This document shows positions 25,989 to 40,890 of a stretch of 64,000 nucleotides of DNA, piece by piece. The number at the start of each line of letters is the position of its first letter. The stretch's first letter is position 1. The stretch is from assembly GCF_006345805.1 (NCBI RefSeq), contig NC_043003.1, positions 1,984,001 to 2,048,000 on the forward strand. Direction: 5' to 3'. The translations under genes were made by a program, and so were the position numbers. This DNA is from Octopus sinensis (taxonomy: Eukaryota). The notes beneath the pieces are model-generated. The model ran no database searches, was not told the origin of the DNA, and saw only the letters and a program-made list of their open reading frames with translations.

Positions 25989-26989
25989 ATATATATATGT
26001 ATATATATATATATAGATATATATATATACACACACACATGTTCTACGTCGTTCCATATTCTGTAGAGTGTCGAAGAATGAAGTAAAGCGTTAGAGCTCG
26101 ATATAAACAGCTGGGATAGAATTTATAAGAAGACCTCAGTGGTTCTCGGTCATTATAATGTGCGTTAATTAAAAAATTATAGCTATTTTAATTAATAATA
26201 CGTTTGTATATTTTGCTTTCAGACATTTCGATTTCAAATGTTTAGTTCACTTCGATTTCAAATTTTTATTTGCTTCCGTCTGGCCGGGTGCTCGAATGAC
26301 GGGTCCCACCCACTTTTTGACTCGGAGACAATCGCTGGCTCTTATATATATATATATATAAATTCGTGTGTGCGTTTGCGCGTGCGCGTGCACACTTGTT
26401 TCAGTCGTTGGACTGCGGCCATACTGGGGCACCGACTCGATGTGCTCGGTCGAAACAAGTCTACCCCAGTACTTATTTTTAAGTCTGGTACTTAAATGTA
26501 TCGGCCTCTTTGGCAAAATATATCCTTACGAGGACGTGAACAAACCAACACCGGTTGTCATGCGATGCTGGACACACACACACACACACGTGTGTGTATA
26601 ATGGATTTGTGTGTGTGTGTGTGTGTTGGTCTGTAGAGATGGAATGGTTATCTTATAAGCTTTGGTTCATTGTTTGAAAGGCTTGTGTGAAATCATTTAT
26701 TTCCTCCAAATCTTAATTGTGACATCACTTTTTTTTTTTTTTTGCTGAAAACCTAAGTTTTTGAAACGATTCCAACATTTCTTCGCTGAATTAGCATCAC
26801 TAACATCATCATCATCTCATCACAGCACTGTGTGTGTGTTTGTGGAGAGAGAGAGAGAGAGAACAGAGAGACATATAGATAGATAGATTAGAGAGAAAGA
26901 TATATATATATAAATGGCGGTGCCCCAGCATGACCACAGCTCGTGAGCTGAAACTAGATAAAATAAAAAAAATAAAATAAAATATATAT

Positions 26990-27043
26990 ATAGATAGATA
27001 GACAGACAGATAGATAGATATATATATATAGATAGATAGACAG

Positions 27044-27116
<73 letters not shown>

Positions 27117-27240
27117 TAGAGATAGATATACAGAATATAATATATTATATATATATTATATATATGTATAAGAGAGAGAGAGAGATAGATAGATAGATAG
27201 ATTCGAGAGAGAGAGAGAGAGAGAGACAGAGAGAGAGAGA
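26990..27240. repeat. (GATA)n/(GA)n microsatellite
   Basis: Read directly. Another (GATA/GACA)n tract lies at 29150-29390. Confidence 0.95.
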
Positions 27241-28538
27241 GGTGACGTTTTACACGCAACAGACGACATGCTGTCATGGATCCAAATGGAAAGAGCAGAC
27301 GATACATCACGTGACCAACAATGTCGTTCTGTTTGTTCAGTCACAGGTCAGTCCTGATTGAACAGACTTATGATTAAGTGTATATGATTAACGAATTATA
27401 CACTTTTAGAACTAAGCCTAGAACTACATTATCTAATGTGTCCTTTCTTTTGCTTTTTTTCTCTCAACACAATAGGATGCGATAGAAGGGAGATTTGGCT
27501 GCTATTTCTAGCAGATCCATCGACTACATAAAGACTCTAAATGTGAATGACTAACATTTTCGTGTTGCTTGCTACATGTGTTGTTTCCAGTTCTATCTTT
27601 GTCGGTCATTGGAATGCAGCCATGCTGGAGCACCGCATTCAAGGGACTTAATGCACAAATCAAACGCAGTACTTTTTTTTTTATTTTTAAAGTCCGGCAC
27701 TTATTTCATCGTTTTCCTTTGTCGCACTGCTATGTTACGGGGACGTAACTAAACCAACGCCGGTTGTCAAACGGTGGCGGAACTGACACAAACACACACA
27801 CTAGCGTAGCTGGGGTGGGGAATGGTCCGCCCCGGGCGGGACTTTTGGGTCTGCTGTAGGCAGTGTGTTTTTTGTGGGGTCCGGGGTCGCAAACAGAAGG
27901 ACCGCCCCGGGTGCGAATTTTTTTCCCCACGAGAATTCCGGACCCCAGTGATGGTGTATGCCCCTCTATGAATATAACAGCAGGTCTCACATAAGCATCG
28001 CAGTCTCCGCCGCCTCCACCATCATCATAGATCAGTGGAGCACCATCTCTATATGGAGCTAACATTAGGCACCCATACTCAGACTGAGATTAGTGATACT
28101 GCATGTAGCCATTGATATATGCAAGGAGGGCGCAATGCGACACAACGCCATATTGATTACGTTGTTCTCAGATCAACACCAACATTTTAAATTAAGAATG
28201 TACAAAATCAGTCAAAAAACTAGGAAACTACACACGTTTACATTTTCTAGTAAATTACGCAAATTGGCAACACTTCTGGCATCATCTGGGAGCAGTTCTC
28301 CATTCCCTTCATGCACTAATTTTCACATTTGTCACCCCTATTAACCCGTTTAAAACAGATTTTGCTATAACGCACATTTTCCACTAAACTCAACCGGAGT
28401 ATTTTCGTGACTAGGTGGACACTAGTTTGATAGTTGAGCTGTGATTGGCTGTATGCAAATGAGTTCATAACTGGAGTCCGGAACTCTCGTGGGAAAAAAA
28501 TATTTCGCGCCCCGGGCGGCAACACACACACACACATG

Positions 28539-28569
<31 letters not shown>

Positions 28570-29308
28570 GTAACAACGGGCTTCTTTTAGTTTCTGTCTA
28601 CGAAATCCACTCAGAAGGGCTTTAGTAAGGTCTGAGGCTATAAAACAAGACTCTTGCCGAAGGTGCGGCGCAGTGGGACTGAACCCAAAACCATGTGGTT
28701 GGGACGCAAACTTCTTACCACACAGCCATTATTGGGAAAGAAACTAAAACCGTGTTGCCATATTTGGCCGGGACGTGTTGTAACTCCGTGGATGTGTTAG
28801 TCTTATAAATGTGCGGAATGCGTCGGTTCGGAAACCGAAAATGACGGAGTGTGGAATTGGAGGAAGTGAGGCTAACATAGCTACGGAGTGTAGAATTGAG
28901 TGATTGATGACAGATCATGTGGGATGCAGAGAGAGAGAGAGAGAGAGAGAAATGGAGAAGCGACGAAGGTGGGGGGAGGGGCAGGAAAAGAATAACAGAT
29001 TGAGGCTGCTTACTTGAAATGTTTTCCTGCATCAACAAGTCGATGTTGAGAGAGAGAAAGAGAGAGAGAGAGAGAGGTGAGCAAACACAGTGTAGCCGCG
29101 ATTAGAGAGGGAAAGAATGAAACTAGACAAGAGCTGTTTTAGAGAAATGATGACAGACAGACAAGCAGACAGACAGACAGATAGATAGACAGATAGATAG
29201 ATAGATAGACTGATTGATAGACAAACAGACAGACAGATAGATAAACAGATAGATAGATAGACATAGATAGACAGGCAGGTAGACAGATAGACAGACAGAC
29301 AGACAGAC

Positions 29309-29346
<38 letters not shown>

Positions 29347-30489
29347 GTAGGTAGGTAGGTAGGTAGATAGATAGATAGATGAACTGATAGACAGGCTGAT
29401 TCATACTGTATTCTCCTGCATTAACAAGTCGATGTAGTGTAGAGAGCAACATGTAATGTAACCATTCAACCATCATTACTACCCAACCAACTCCTCTTGC
29501 ATTTCACATGGAATTTTTGGTTCTCCACCGTCACCCTGGTGCAGAAGTCAACCTGTCTTTTTTGGTTGTGAAGTTCGGTCTGAAAGATTAAACTCGTACA
29601 CCGGAAAATATGGCAGGGCACTGCGGTCGATGTAATCGACGTCTCTCCTCCTTTCAAAACTGTTGGCCCGAATCCTGCAATGTACTGGCATCGCATTCAG
29701 GGGGATGTTGTGATCTTGGTCACTCATAAGCCTTGGGAATCGGGTAACCGACCCTGTGAATCCTAAGGCTCAAGGAAAAAACTGTGAAAGTATCTTTTGT
29801 TGACACGGGATTTTAAAGGTCATCGACATCACAATGTGTCTGCTGTGGGTGGTGGTGGCGGCGGCGGTAGGGGGTCATGACTCGAACCCACGCAAAATAA
29901 AATACAAACTGCTCCGAAGGTGAGGGCCTTGGTATGGAGGCTGAGCTTATTTTCCAGTCATTGGACGGCGGCAATACTGGAGCATCGCCTTGAAGGGGTT
30001 TAGTCGAACAAATCGACCCCTGTATCCAGTTTTAAGTACTGGTACTTATTTTATCGGTTTTCTTTTATCGAACTGCTATGTTGTGGGGACGCAAACAAAC
30101 CAACACCGATTGTCAAAAGTGGTGGGAACAAACACAAAGGTATACACATACAACAAGCTTTCTCTCAGTTTCCGTCAACCAAACTCACTCACATGGCTTT
30201 GGTCAGCCCGAGGCTACAGTTGAAAAAAAAAACACCTACGCAATATATATAAAGATTTTCTTTCTGAACCTTCTGAAGGATGTTTGAGACGGTTTTGAAT
30301 TTCCCTGTCCATTGTGCAATCGTACCGATGTGCAGTCATTGGAGATGTTGCTGCCTAGAAGTCTGGATCGGAGGAGAGTGTCTAATTATCGCTTCTGTGC
30401 TGAGAAATGAAGGAGTGATGCAGGAGAATACTATTGACATATTAACCGAAGTTTTCTAAACGTTAACTATCAATTCAGTTCATGTATGT

Positions 30490-31250
30490 CCTTACTCGGG
30501 TGCTGAACTAATAGCTGTAGGGCTTCCAGAATGTGAGCAATGATCTGTATCAATAAGATATTTGGGTTTGGTAAGGAGATGGAAGAACAAAAATCTGTAT
30601 GAAGTTCCAAATGCTAAGTATTTACCGGTAGCAAAAATGTTGTCGTTGTGACGAATGACAGCAAAAAAAAAAAAAAAAAAGATATTCACACTAAATGAAG
30701 CAAGCCAACAGTTTGTATGAAATGGTGAAATGTATATTAGCGATGACAGTAACCATGAGTTGTGTAGATTCTTACAGTATACTGGTTTAAACTGTCACGA
30801 CCACCGTCAGTTGCTAGATAAACGATCTTATAAATGGTGTATCAATGAAAAGGCGCCAAAGACAAAATTGTTAATGACATTTCTGTTTGTACAAGAGACT
30901 TTAGAGGTCAGTTGTTTGCTGACGTCATCAATATTTGACAAAATTCCGTTTGTGTTGTCTAGTCATCTTTACATATGGACACAGTGATTCGGGCTCGATT
31001 CCTAGGTAGTGAGTGAGTGTTTGAGACTGCCAATTTACCTGCTACAGATCTATTGCAATGTAAACTTGGTTATGGTCTGTAACCTTCTGATGCTGAAAAG
31101 CTTTTGTTGAGATCGAAAGTTAATAGGGAATCCTGCATCCCTTTTCTATCCCTTAGCATAATAGAGTTGTCACATATACTAAACGGTACACAAGCAAGCA
31201 CGCAGCTTTGACTTCTGTTTTTACACCAAAGGGCTCAAATTTCTACCTTT
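30490..31250 (-). mobile_element. Possible highly decayed Gypsy LTR gag/protease relic
   Basis: Minus-strand fragment YRFLFFHLLTKPKYLIDTDH resembles the FLIDTG protease motif. Upstream gag-like similarity is weak. Confidence 0.3.
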
Positions 31251-31883
31251 CAACAACCCTTGTGTGGACTTGGCAAAGGAAATTAACTTATGTGGGCGGT
31301 TAGTAAATTCTCTGAAAACAATTCACAGAAGTCCTCTGTTTATTGTATAAACAGCTCTTTTGATAGAACCACAAATGCATACATAGACATTTGCATGTAT
31401 GCATGCATAGGTAATGATTGCATCTCGATGTCAAGCAATGCCATCGTTTGATTGATCCCTCAAAGCAGCATGGATGTGGCTTTTCTATCCTACGATGGAC
31501 CCTCACGCTTTTGCACGGATGTGACAGCGATGGACTCCACTTATAGCAGACGTTTAGAGACTTGCCACTAACGCTGACACAGGCCTTCATTCCTTCGTGG
31601 GATTTTTCTTTGAGTTTTTTGCCTTCTTTCGGCCACAGTCAGCCATAGTATGCAACACAGAATATAATTATCAAAAAAGCAGGCAATGCTTGTGTCTGAA
31701 GCTATTTAAGCAAAGAAAGGCTTTGCACGGGGTCGATTCCACTTTCTAAACAACATGTGTTTTCCCTAAAAGAACTAGTCTACATCACTGGATGCAAACG
31801 AAATCGCAAGTGTCACATCAGAATTCCCTTCTTCTAAAGAAGGTTCTGTCTAAAGAAAGGTTCTCTTACTTCCAGCTGTTGGA

Positions 31884-32097
31884 TACTCTCTTTTTACTCT
31901 TTTACTTGTTTCAGTCATTTGACTGCGACCATGCTGGAGCACCGCCTTTAGTCGAGCAAATCGACCCCGGGACTTATTCTTTGTAAGCCCAGTACTTATT
32001 CTATCGGTCTCTATTGCCGAACCGCTAAGTGCCGGGGACGTAAACACACCAGCATCGGTTGTCAAGCAATGCTAGCGGGACAAACACAGACACACAA

Positions 32098-32187
<90 letters not shown>

Positions 32188-32310
32188 GACGGGCTTCTTT
32201 CAGTTTCCGTCTACCAAATCCACTCACAAGGCATTGGTCGGCCCGGGGCTATAGCAGAAGACACTTGCCCAAGGATGCCACGCTACTTACCACACAGCCA
32301 CTCCTGCGCC
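31884..32310 (-). mobile_element. SINE family A copy
   Basis: Reverse complement of the family A head and tail. Other minus copies at about 20982-21277, 45870-46270, 47050-47395 and 58545-58906. Confidence 0.85.
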
Positions 32311-34319
32311 TTTGTCATTGATTCTACTGATTTCAGACCCCCTTTCACAGGATTTGTTTTTCGTCATACCAGCTGTCCACCGAAAACTATCTTCATGCAC
32401 GCATACATAGATACGTACGTACGTAATACATACATACACTCAAAGACAGACAGACAGATGTAAATTGACTTTATTTCTCAGATAATTAATATTCATGTTT
32501 CGAGCAATTTGAATTTGTGTAATCATTTAATTACTTAAAACTAATAATTCATTAAAATATCGTTTTATTTTCCCTTTAGCTTTAATTCCACTTTCAATCA
32601 CAGAATCGTAGAAATTAAAGCATTGTCGGCGATTAATCTGGATTTTTAATTTTTTAATCAAAAATGTTAAAACGTTTAACGAATACATCTACCCGGCCTG
32701 TAACGAGCCTCAAACATTCTCTGTATATTTACCTCCACTGATAGAGACAGTCACAATCCTATTTCAAATATGTTTGTTTTTGGAAATGTCCCTGACATAC
32801 ATACATATTCTTTGTGACAATGTTTTATTATTTTCTTTCTCTTGCAACATTATACGGTCGTTTTTTTTTTTTCTTCTTCATTTGGTTATGTGAGACATTC
32901 TTAACTCTAATATTCACTGGTTCAAAAGATTAGGTTGCGGGGGCTTAAAGCTATATATATTCGTGACAACTAACCCATGAACGAAAAATATTTTGCCGCC
33001 TTAACAAAAAATGCAAGTTGTTGAGGCGAAGGATGACACTAAAGAGACACACCATAGTAACATTTGACCTAATTGGAAATGTTGGTGGCAAAACGTGGGA
33101 CGAACAGACATTTTATAGATGTCCTTTTATTTTGTTGTTATACATTAAAGAAATCCAATAAAACTGATATATTAGAAACGATGAAAAAATAGTGCTGGGT
33201 TATACCTACTCAGTGCGTCCACTCCTAGACTTTGTTTCCTCATAACTTTAATAGGTATTTTTAAATGAAATCTTCTGGAAATACCTTTCAGATGGTATAG
33301 AATTCGATTGTATCGGAATTTAATGCAACAAGACAAACAAACGATGGCTGCGCACACATCCTGACACACAGCACAATTTTTTCAGAATTTCAAGTTACAT
33401 TTTAAAGACATGTGATGTGCATAACAATGCATGTGTGCATCCAACAATTTCTTTTTCTTTTTTCTTTTTTTACATTAAATTCCGATACAATCGTATTCCA
33501 CACCGTCTGAAAGTGCTTCTTTGGCGTGTGATCTAAAGGGGAGATGACTTTAGGTTACTTTTTAAAATTATTTTGTACATACTTAGCATTGTAAATGTAT
33601 TTTTCAAAATTCTTACTATTTTAATAATAAAAACAGAAGATACTGTCACTCACACTTTTCTCCTTCAGCCTTAGACTCTTTGATTAAACAAATCTGTATC
33701 TTATAGCATCGTCTAAATTCTAAACAAACTCCAAATGTTCGGACAATTTTTCACAATCGCAAAGTTTCTCTTCCCACCCACCTTTTTTTAAAATTATTTT
33801 GAGAACCCAATTTTGATTTTAGGTTGTAATATTTCTTTAAAATCCAGATTGCTTCCTCTGCTAGTTTTCTTGGGGCTGTAAATCCGCTTAACCAGCATTG
33901 GGAGAAGCGCAATGAGAGATTAACAAAGCAGCAAATTTCTTTTCGTAGGTGAACCCATAAAATGCAACATTTTTTTTTTTTTTTTTTTGCCAAGTTACTC
34001 AAGAAGTACTTTTGTTGTCTCTTATACTGCTAGAAATATCGACTAAATCTTCCTCAAATTGCACTTTTCTATTTTAGACTTTGCGTAACGTAGCTCTTGA
34101 CACATATATCTGAAAATATGATAATATATAATAGGGATGGTCATAGCTGGAATGCTTTTTTATAACAGGTGTACTCCACGAGAACAAATGTTACTGTTTG
34201 AGAAGTTCAGGAATATTTTAGGGAAAATATTGCGTGTAAAATTATGTTGTAGATAAATGACGGAGAGGGTTACACTTTGAAAAAAAAAAAATGATTCCAC
34301 CCATCCATTCTATTTTCTC

Positions 34320-34640
34320 CGCCCAGTATTCCTGGTAAGATTGTGGGGTAGAGCCTTCAGTCACCTCCTGCTTAGGGTCATATCAGAAGCAACCATTATT
34401 ACACTTTCCGTCTGGATTCCCAAGCCTGACCAACTGAGTCTCCCCTGAGCCTCCTGCTTGTTGGCTCCGCTTGAAGAATCCGTCTTGCCATTCTAATACT
34501 TGAGTTGTGATTTCTCAATGTAGAGAAGTAGCAGCTTTACTTGGAGAGACTCCCTGATCTTCAAGCCATGACCCTGTTGAATAATATTATTCCAGAGACC
34601 CTTCGAAAGAACCCCATTTCAGCTGCTTGTGTTCTCAGTT
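34320..34640 (-). mobile_element. RTE-clade LINE 3' relic
   Basis: Minus strand reads RTQAAEMGFFRRVSG...IRESLQVKLLLLYIEKSQLK. Confidence 0.6.
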
Positions 34641-37600
34641 GAGAAGCTCAGTTATAGGTTTACTTTGTCTCGAAACTCTTATTTTCGTAAAGAATGTAAA
34701 AAAGGAAAAAAAAAATAGTGATCTGTCAACCACCCCTTAATTCTATTGGGTTGTCATACAAATTCATTTCTACCCATTTATTTTAATCCTCTCCAATGTT
34801 ATTTGAATTAACACGAGAAATATTTCTATCCTGGTGTTTTATGGGTTCTCAAAGCTCTGTTCGTCCTTTACAATTTTCGTTTATCGATTTTGAAATTTGA
34901 ATAAATTTTACCTCTTTTCAAACATATCATGATGGAGTGCCAAGTAGGAGAAAAAAATGACAAACCAATATTTTAAGCAGAATTTTAAAAATATAATCAT
35001 GCTTCAGTTAGTTTCCCGGATTCTTTAAAGTCAAATCTGAGAAATATCTCAGAGTGGCCAGAGAAGAGATAGCCAGATATGCTAGACATAAGTGTGATAA
35101 AACAGCGAGGAGGCTTGAATACAAATTACAAAAATTATTTCGAAAGGATTTGTTTAACCAGAGCAGGCTTCATAAAAACAATTCGGTATACAGAAATACC
35201 ACCACCAGGAAAATACAATCTAACGTTTCGGACCTTCTCTTTTTGCCAAAGAATGGGGAAAAGAAAGGAAGGAAATAATGCTCTTTCTTTCTCTCGGTGA
35301 TCTTTTGTTTTCGGTACATATATCTGCGGGACTTATATTCGGCCCTTACGCTGTAACACCAGAGCTTCCCGGGATCACTCACAGATGGAGGTGAGAAAAC
35401 TCCCACACAACAGCATGAGCTTTGTCGAGCCAGACGTTGCGACTCTGAGACAGATGTTTCTCCCATGCTCAATGTCCCCTGTGATCCATTATAGAGAATT
35501 AATCTCAGTGGAGCAAAGTCTTCTGTTATTTGGAAGATCAAAAACTGTGCAGAAGACCATCGAGGATTCTAAGGGATACATTTCCCCACTTCTGTCTCAG
35601 TTTCCCCTCACAAGAGGACCCACAATACAACACCCTCTTCCTTCTCTCCGTCTTCTATCATTTCATTTGTGTGAAACCCAAAATCCTGAAGTTCCCATCA
35701 CTTTTGAGTACCAACTTATTTCTTTTGCTGACACCAGATGTCAGTGTTTTCAACCAACACCTGTTGTCCATTCCGTACACGAACTCACACCACATTTGTG
35801 ACACTTTCTTTTTGCTACGTTGGTTCAAATACTCAGCCGCCCCCTACTTGCTCACAATTTTTAATTCATAGATTATACATCTTCTACCTTTTACTTGTTT
35901 CAATGGCCTAGTGGTTAGGGCAGCGGACCTGCAGTCATAGGATCGCGGTTTCAATTCCCAGACCGGGCGTTGTGAGTGTTTATTGTGTTAAAGCAACACG
36001 TGGCTCCGGTGGGGGTGGAGGTGACGAAACCTGCTGTAATCTTTCACAACAACTTTCTTTCTGTTGTACCTGTATTTCAAACTCTGTGCCACGCTGAATC
36101 TCCCCCGAGAACTATGTTAAGGGTACACGTGTCTGTGGAGTTCTCAGCCACTTGCACGCTAATTTCCCGAGCAGGCTGCTCCATTGATCAGATCAACTGG
36201 AACCCTCGTCGTCGTAACCGACGGAGTGCCACGATAACGTTATACACGTGCGTGCGCATATGCACAGGTGTGGCTGTGGTAAGAAGTTTGGTCTCCAGCT
36301 TCATGGTTCCAGGTTCAATCCCACTGCACCGTACCTTGAACAAATGTCTTCTCCAATGTCACCAGGCTAACCTAAATCTCAAAGCCTTGTGAACGGATTC
36401 GGTTGACGGAAACGGAAAGAATCTTGTCGTGTGTGTGTGTATGCATGAGTTTGTGTGTGTAAGTGTGTGTATGAGTGTGTGTGTGTGTGCATGAGTGTAT
36501 GTGTGTTTGTGTGTAACTTAGCAGTTCGGCTATCGAATAAATGCCAGGCTTAAAAAATGTATTGGGTCGATTTGTTCGACTAAACCCTTCAAGGCGGTGC
36601 TCCAGCATGGCCACAGTCCAAAGATTAAAACATGTGAAAAAGTAAAAACATAACACTGGAAAGGTTTAAATATTACAAAAAAAAAAGTGCCAACCGATTT
36701 CTGGTTTTGTTGTTCTTCCAGGAGCAGCGAACTATGTCGAGTTGTTTGTCGAGGTTTTCTCTTCTAATTTTATTCCCACCGTCCTAACAATCGTGGCACG
36801 AGGGTTCCAGTTGATTCAATCAACGGAACAGCCTGCTCGTGGAATTAACGTGAATGTGGGAGATGCAGCGTGACACCGAGTGTGAGACAAGGCTGACCCC
36901 TTTGAAATACACGTACAACAGAAACAGGAAGAAATTGTGAGGGAAAGAGTACAGCAGGGTTCGCCACTGCCGGAGCCTCGTGGAACTTTAGTTGTTTTCA
37001 TTCGTTGTTTCAACGCCCGGTCTGGGAATCGAAACCGCGTTCCTACGACCGCGAGTCTGCTGCCCTAAGCACTGGGCCACTGCGCCTCCACGAACCTAAC
37101 AATAACATTTGACTGTTGTGTGGTTAGTATAACTATTATTTCTTAAACTTCAGTTCTTGTGGGTCGCTGTTGTTTATCAAAATCCAACGTGTGAAAATGA
37201 ATCACCGGGGAACGTCATGTTGGGTCGTTGTTCTCAATTTTCATTCTATCGTTTATAGTTTTTATATTTTATTTTGTTTAGTTATCTATTTAAAGAATTC
37301 GAGTAATGTCCTCCAGAATATTCGCTAATAAACATCAAGCACAACAATACTAACGGTTCCAACAGCTCTGTCGCCTGACTTTTAGAGGCCCCTCTCCTGC
37401 AACCTTTTGTTTCGAGGCCCCATCCTTTCAATCAGAATTCATAATCTACGTACCTTTTATTCATAGCTATATTTTACTTTATTTCGTTTCTGGATTTGTT
37501 TTGCAAGATTCTTTATGTGAGTTCGTGTGTTGAAGCATATTCTGTTGTGTCTGGGGAGAGTCATTCTCTTTTAGTGCCTTATGATTTTCAACTATTGAAA

Positions 37601-38623
37601 AGGTTGCAAGACGCAACGAAAATTTTAGAAAAATAAATAAGAAATAAGTGGGAATTTTACCAATGAGTGTGTTAAATGATAAGGCACCAAAAGAGAATGA
37701 CTCTCCCCAGACACAACAGAATATTTTACTATATTCTATCTGAAGTTCAGTATTTCACGATATCGTGGAGTCGGTAAAATAATGTACCGGTCACAATATT
37801 AGTCAAGCACTGGGGGATCGATGTAATCAACTCGTGCCCTTCCCTTAAAATTGCTGGTCATGAACCTTACAACAAGGGTAATATTGTGGTCCTAGTCACT
37901 TGTACGCCATAGAAACCAAGTGACTGGCTCTGTGAGTGTAAGGGTCCTATAAAACCACAAGCGCACGCACACATTCTTTTACTTGTGTCAGTCATTGGTC
38001 CACGGTCACGCTGGAGCACTGCCTTGAAAGGTTTCGTCGAATAAATCAACCCCAGGACTTTTTTTTCTTCAAGTCTGAGCTATCGTTTTTCTTTTTGGCT
38101 TTTTTTTATTGTGTGTGTGTAGAATACGGGAATGTAAACAAACCAACGGTTGTCAAGTGTTGTAGCGATAAACACACACACACACACACACATTATACAT
38201 ACATACATACATGTATATGTATGTGTATTTTTTCAATGTGTACAAATAACACGGAAAAAATAAATAAATAGTTACCAGGGTGGCCAAAATTCGTGTAAAT
38301 GCCAAGGATATTACAGCCTACTTATAAAGGTGGAAATTCCAGGGTTGAATGAAATGTTTTTGTATAACGTGGATAAATTAAGAAATTGAATCAAACGCAA
38401 GTGTTATTCAAATCATTTATACTTCCAACACATGTTTCAAAGAAAGTATTGAGATTATTCCGGAGGGAATAAAAATGATGTAAAACAATGCAATCATCTC
38501 GGAATAATCTCAATGCTTTCTGCGAAACATATGTTGGAAGTATAAATGATTTGAATAACTCCTACGTTTGACTCGATTTCTTAATACATACATACATACA
38601 TACATATACATACATACATATAT

Positions 38624-38658
<35 letters not shown>

Positions 38659-39249
38659 TATACACACACACACACGCATGCATGCATGCATGCATACATA
38701 CATACATACATACATACATACATACATACATACATACATACATACATACATACATACATGCATACATACATGCATGCATGCATACATACATACATACAAG
38801 AAAACAAAAAATGGAAAAAAAAGAACATAACAGGCGACAACAAAACATTCGGATGGTTGGACGATACAAAAAAGGACATATATATATATATATATCATCA
38901 TCATCATCAACGTCGTTTAACGTCCGTTCTCCATGTTAGCATGGGTTGGACAGTTCAACTGGGGTCTGTGAAGCCAGGAGGCTGCATCAGGCCCAGTCTG
39001 ATCTGGCAGTGTTTCTACAGCTGGATGCCCTTCCTAACGCCAACCACTCCGAGAGTGTAGTGGGTGCTTTTTACATGCCACCAGCACGGAAGCCAGTCAA
39101 GGCGGCACTGGCATCGGCCACATTCGGATGGTGCTTTTTATGTGCCACCGGCCCAGGGATCACAACTAGTTTCCATTGATTTTTGCTGTTGCATTGATTT
39201 TTGATGTTAAAATTAACTCATTAAGCTAATGTTTGGAATATAAATTAAC

Positions 39250-40890
39250 ATTTAAAAGATTTTAATTTAGATCATAATCAAAATAAGCAACAGGATATCA
39301 AGAGGCGATGCAGTACGACCATTTCAAGCAGCTCCATTTAATTGAACAATGCAATCATTACATCAAGTTAAATGCAGGGCTATCCTCAGCTGCATAAATA
39401 AATAGAAATTTTTAATCAGTTGGACACATTTGTATGATTTTACTTGAATACTCAAATAGAGCAAGAAGAAGGAGAAAGTGCATGTTGCTACTAATGTGAC
39501 TCAGAATATACTACACTTCTAAGAACTCTATGAAGTTTGTTAGGGTCATAGCTTGTAAAGGATTGTGGTTGCTTTTAATGTATCAGTCTTTTTTTATCAA
39601 CTACCAAATCTAAGACAAGAGGACAGTGTCTGTTTAGAATGGATAGACAGAGTGAGTTGATGGTTTATAGTTGGGTATGATCATAAATATTGTCAGGATT
39701 TAGAAAATGTATAAATAATTGTCTATAAAGGAGGCTGGGTAGGGGAAGAACCTAAATCAAGATATTAATTACCAGTTAATGGGGCAAGACACTAATAAAA
39801 CCTATAATGTTAATACAAAGGAAATTATCATGGGGTACAATGGATGATTGTATATAAACAATATTGTTATGTTGTATGAAGATAAAATTTAAGATTATTA
39901 AAAATGATATTATAACCAGAATAAATAAACTGTGTATATAAAGCAATTTTCAACATAGAAAGGGGAGATTACATAAAATTTGTTTAGTATTCATACCAGT
40001 ACTTAATTATTTTCTTATAAGGTGATTTCTGTAAAGATTGCTCTGGGTATTTACTTAGGGAATACTGGGGCGATAAATCATGCTATCTTTATACTAGTTA
40101 TAAGCTAAGAATCAGAAAAAAAAATGGAAAAAATAAGTTGTGCACAGATACATACACATATTTAACTATGTGCATACATACAAATATACACAAATATTTG
40201 TACTTTATTATGGGTAGGTTACAATCAACTCTTCCTGACTTAAATAATTAGAAAGTTTATATTTCTCTTTAAGAACATTAATAGCTTATAAGAGATAAGA
40301 AGTTGATAGGTAAATATATCAAAATAAGAAAACACAATGATAAGAAATTATAGAGAATAAGAAGAAAATATATACAATACTAGCAGGTGTTCACATCACA
40401 TACGACACTAAAATTAATTTCTCCTGTCCAGGTCCAAATGTAGCATCTATAAACGCTAATTTCAAAAATATTTAAATGTACAGCCAACACTATGTACGCA
40501 TGATACCCTTAGGTCTAATCTATTATTAACCAGGTTGCTCTTATCCCTACACTTAAAAATTTCATATATTTCCATAGAGCACAGCTCACACCCATATCGA
40601 CTATCTCTATAAGGCTGCGCTTTCCTTATAATATCCCATTTAAGGCGAAATTTGATTCCGCTTTCTTTCAGTTCCCAAATCTTGCTAGATGAGGACGTAC
40701 AATTGGCTTTATGTTTGAGCCTAAAAGATGAAAAATATTTATTAATGCGATTTTTTAATATTTATTGAACATCCTATATATACAATGTTACCAGCTACAA
40801 TTGTGATAGTACACTTATAGAACACATTTTGGGTTAGACATCAGCCTAATAACGGACAGTGGGATTTAACCCTACAATTGCAACTAGAAT
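39250..40890 (-). mobile_element. Penelope-like retroelement relic (C-terminal GIY-YIG endonuclease plus 3' region with hammerhead)
   Basis: Minus translation of about 40885-40490: SCNCRVKSHCPLLG*CLTQNVFYKCTITIVAGNIVYIGCS, a frameshift, then SSFRLKHKANCTSSSSKIWELKESGIKFRLKWDIIRKAQPYRDSRYGCELCSMEIYEIFKCRDKSNLVNNRLDLRVSCVH. Confidence 0.82.
39308..39395 (-). ncRNA. Type I hammerhead ribozyme motif in the 3' region of a Penelope-like element
   Basis: Minus strand reads ATGCAG-CTGAGGA-TAGC...GCTT-GAAA-TGGTCG-TA-CTGCAT. Perfect 6-bp stem I, canonical core, extended stem II (CATTTAA..TTGA / TCAA-TTAAATG). Confidence 0.72.

Noticed and set aside
40841-40843. In-frame TGA in the PLE Cys motif as a selenocysteine codon (some Naiad PLEs encode Sec)
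   Set aside because: The TGA falls at the variable position in CPLLG*CL rather than at a conserved Cys, so CGA-to-TGA decay is simpler. The copy is also frameshifted.
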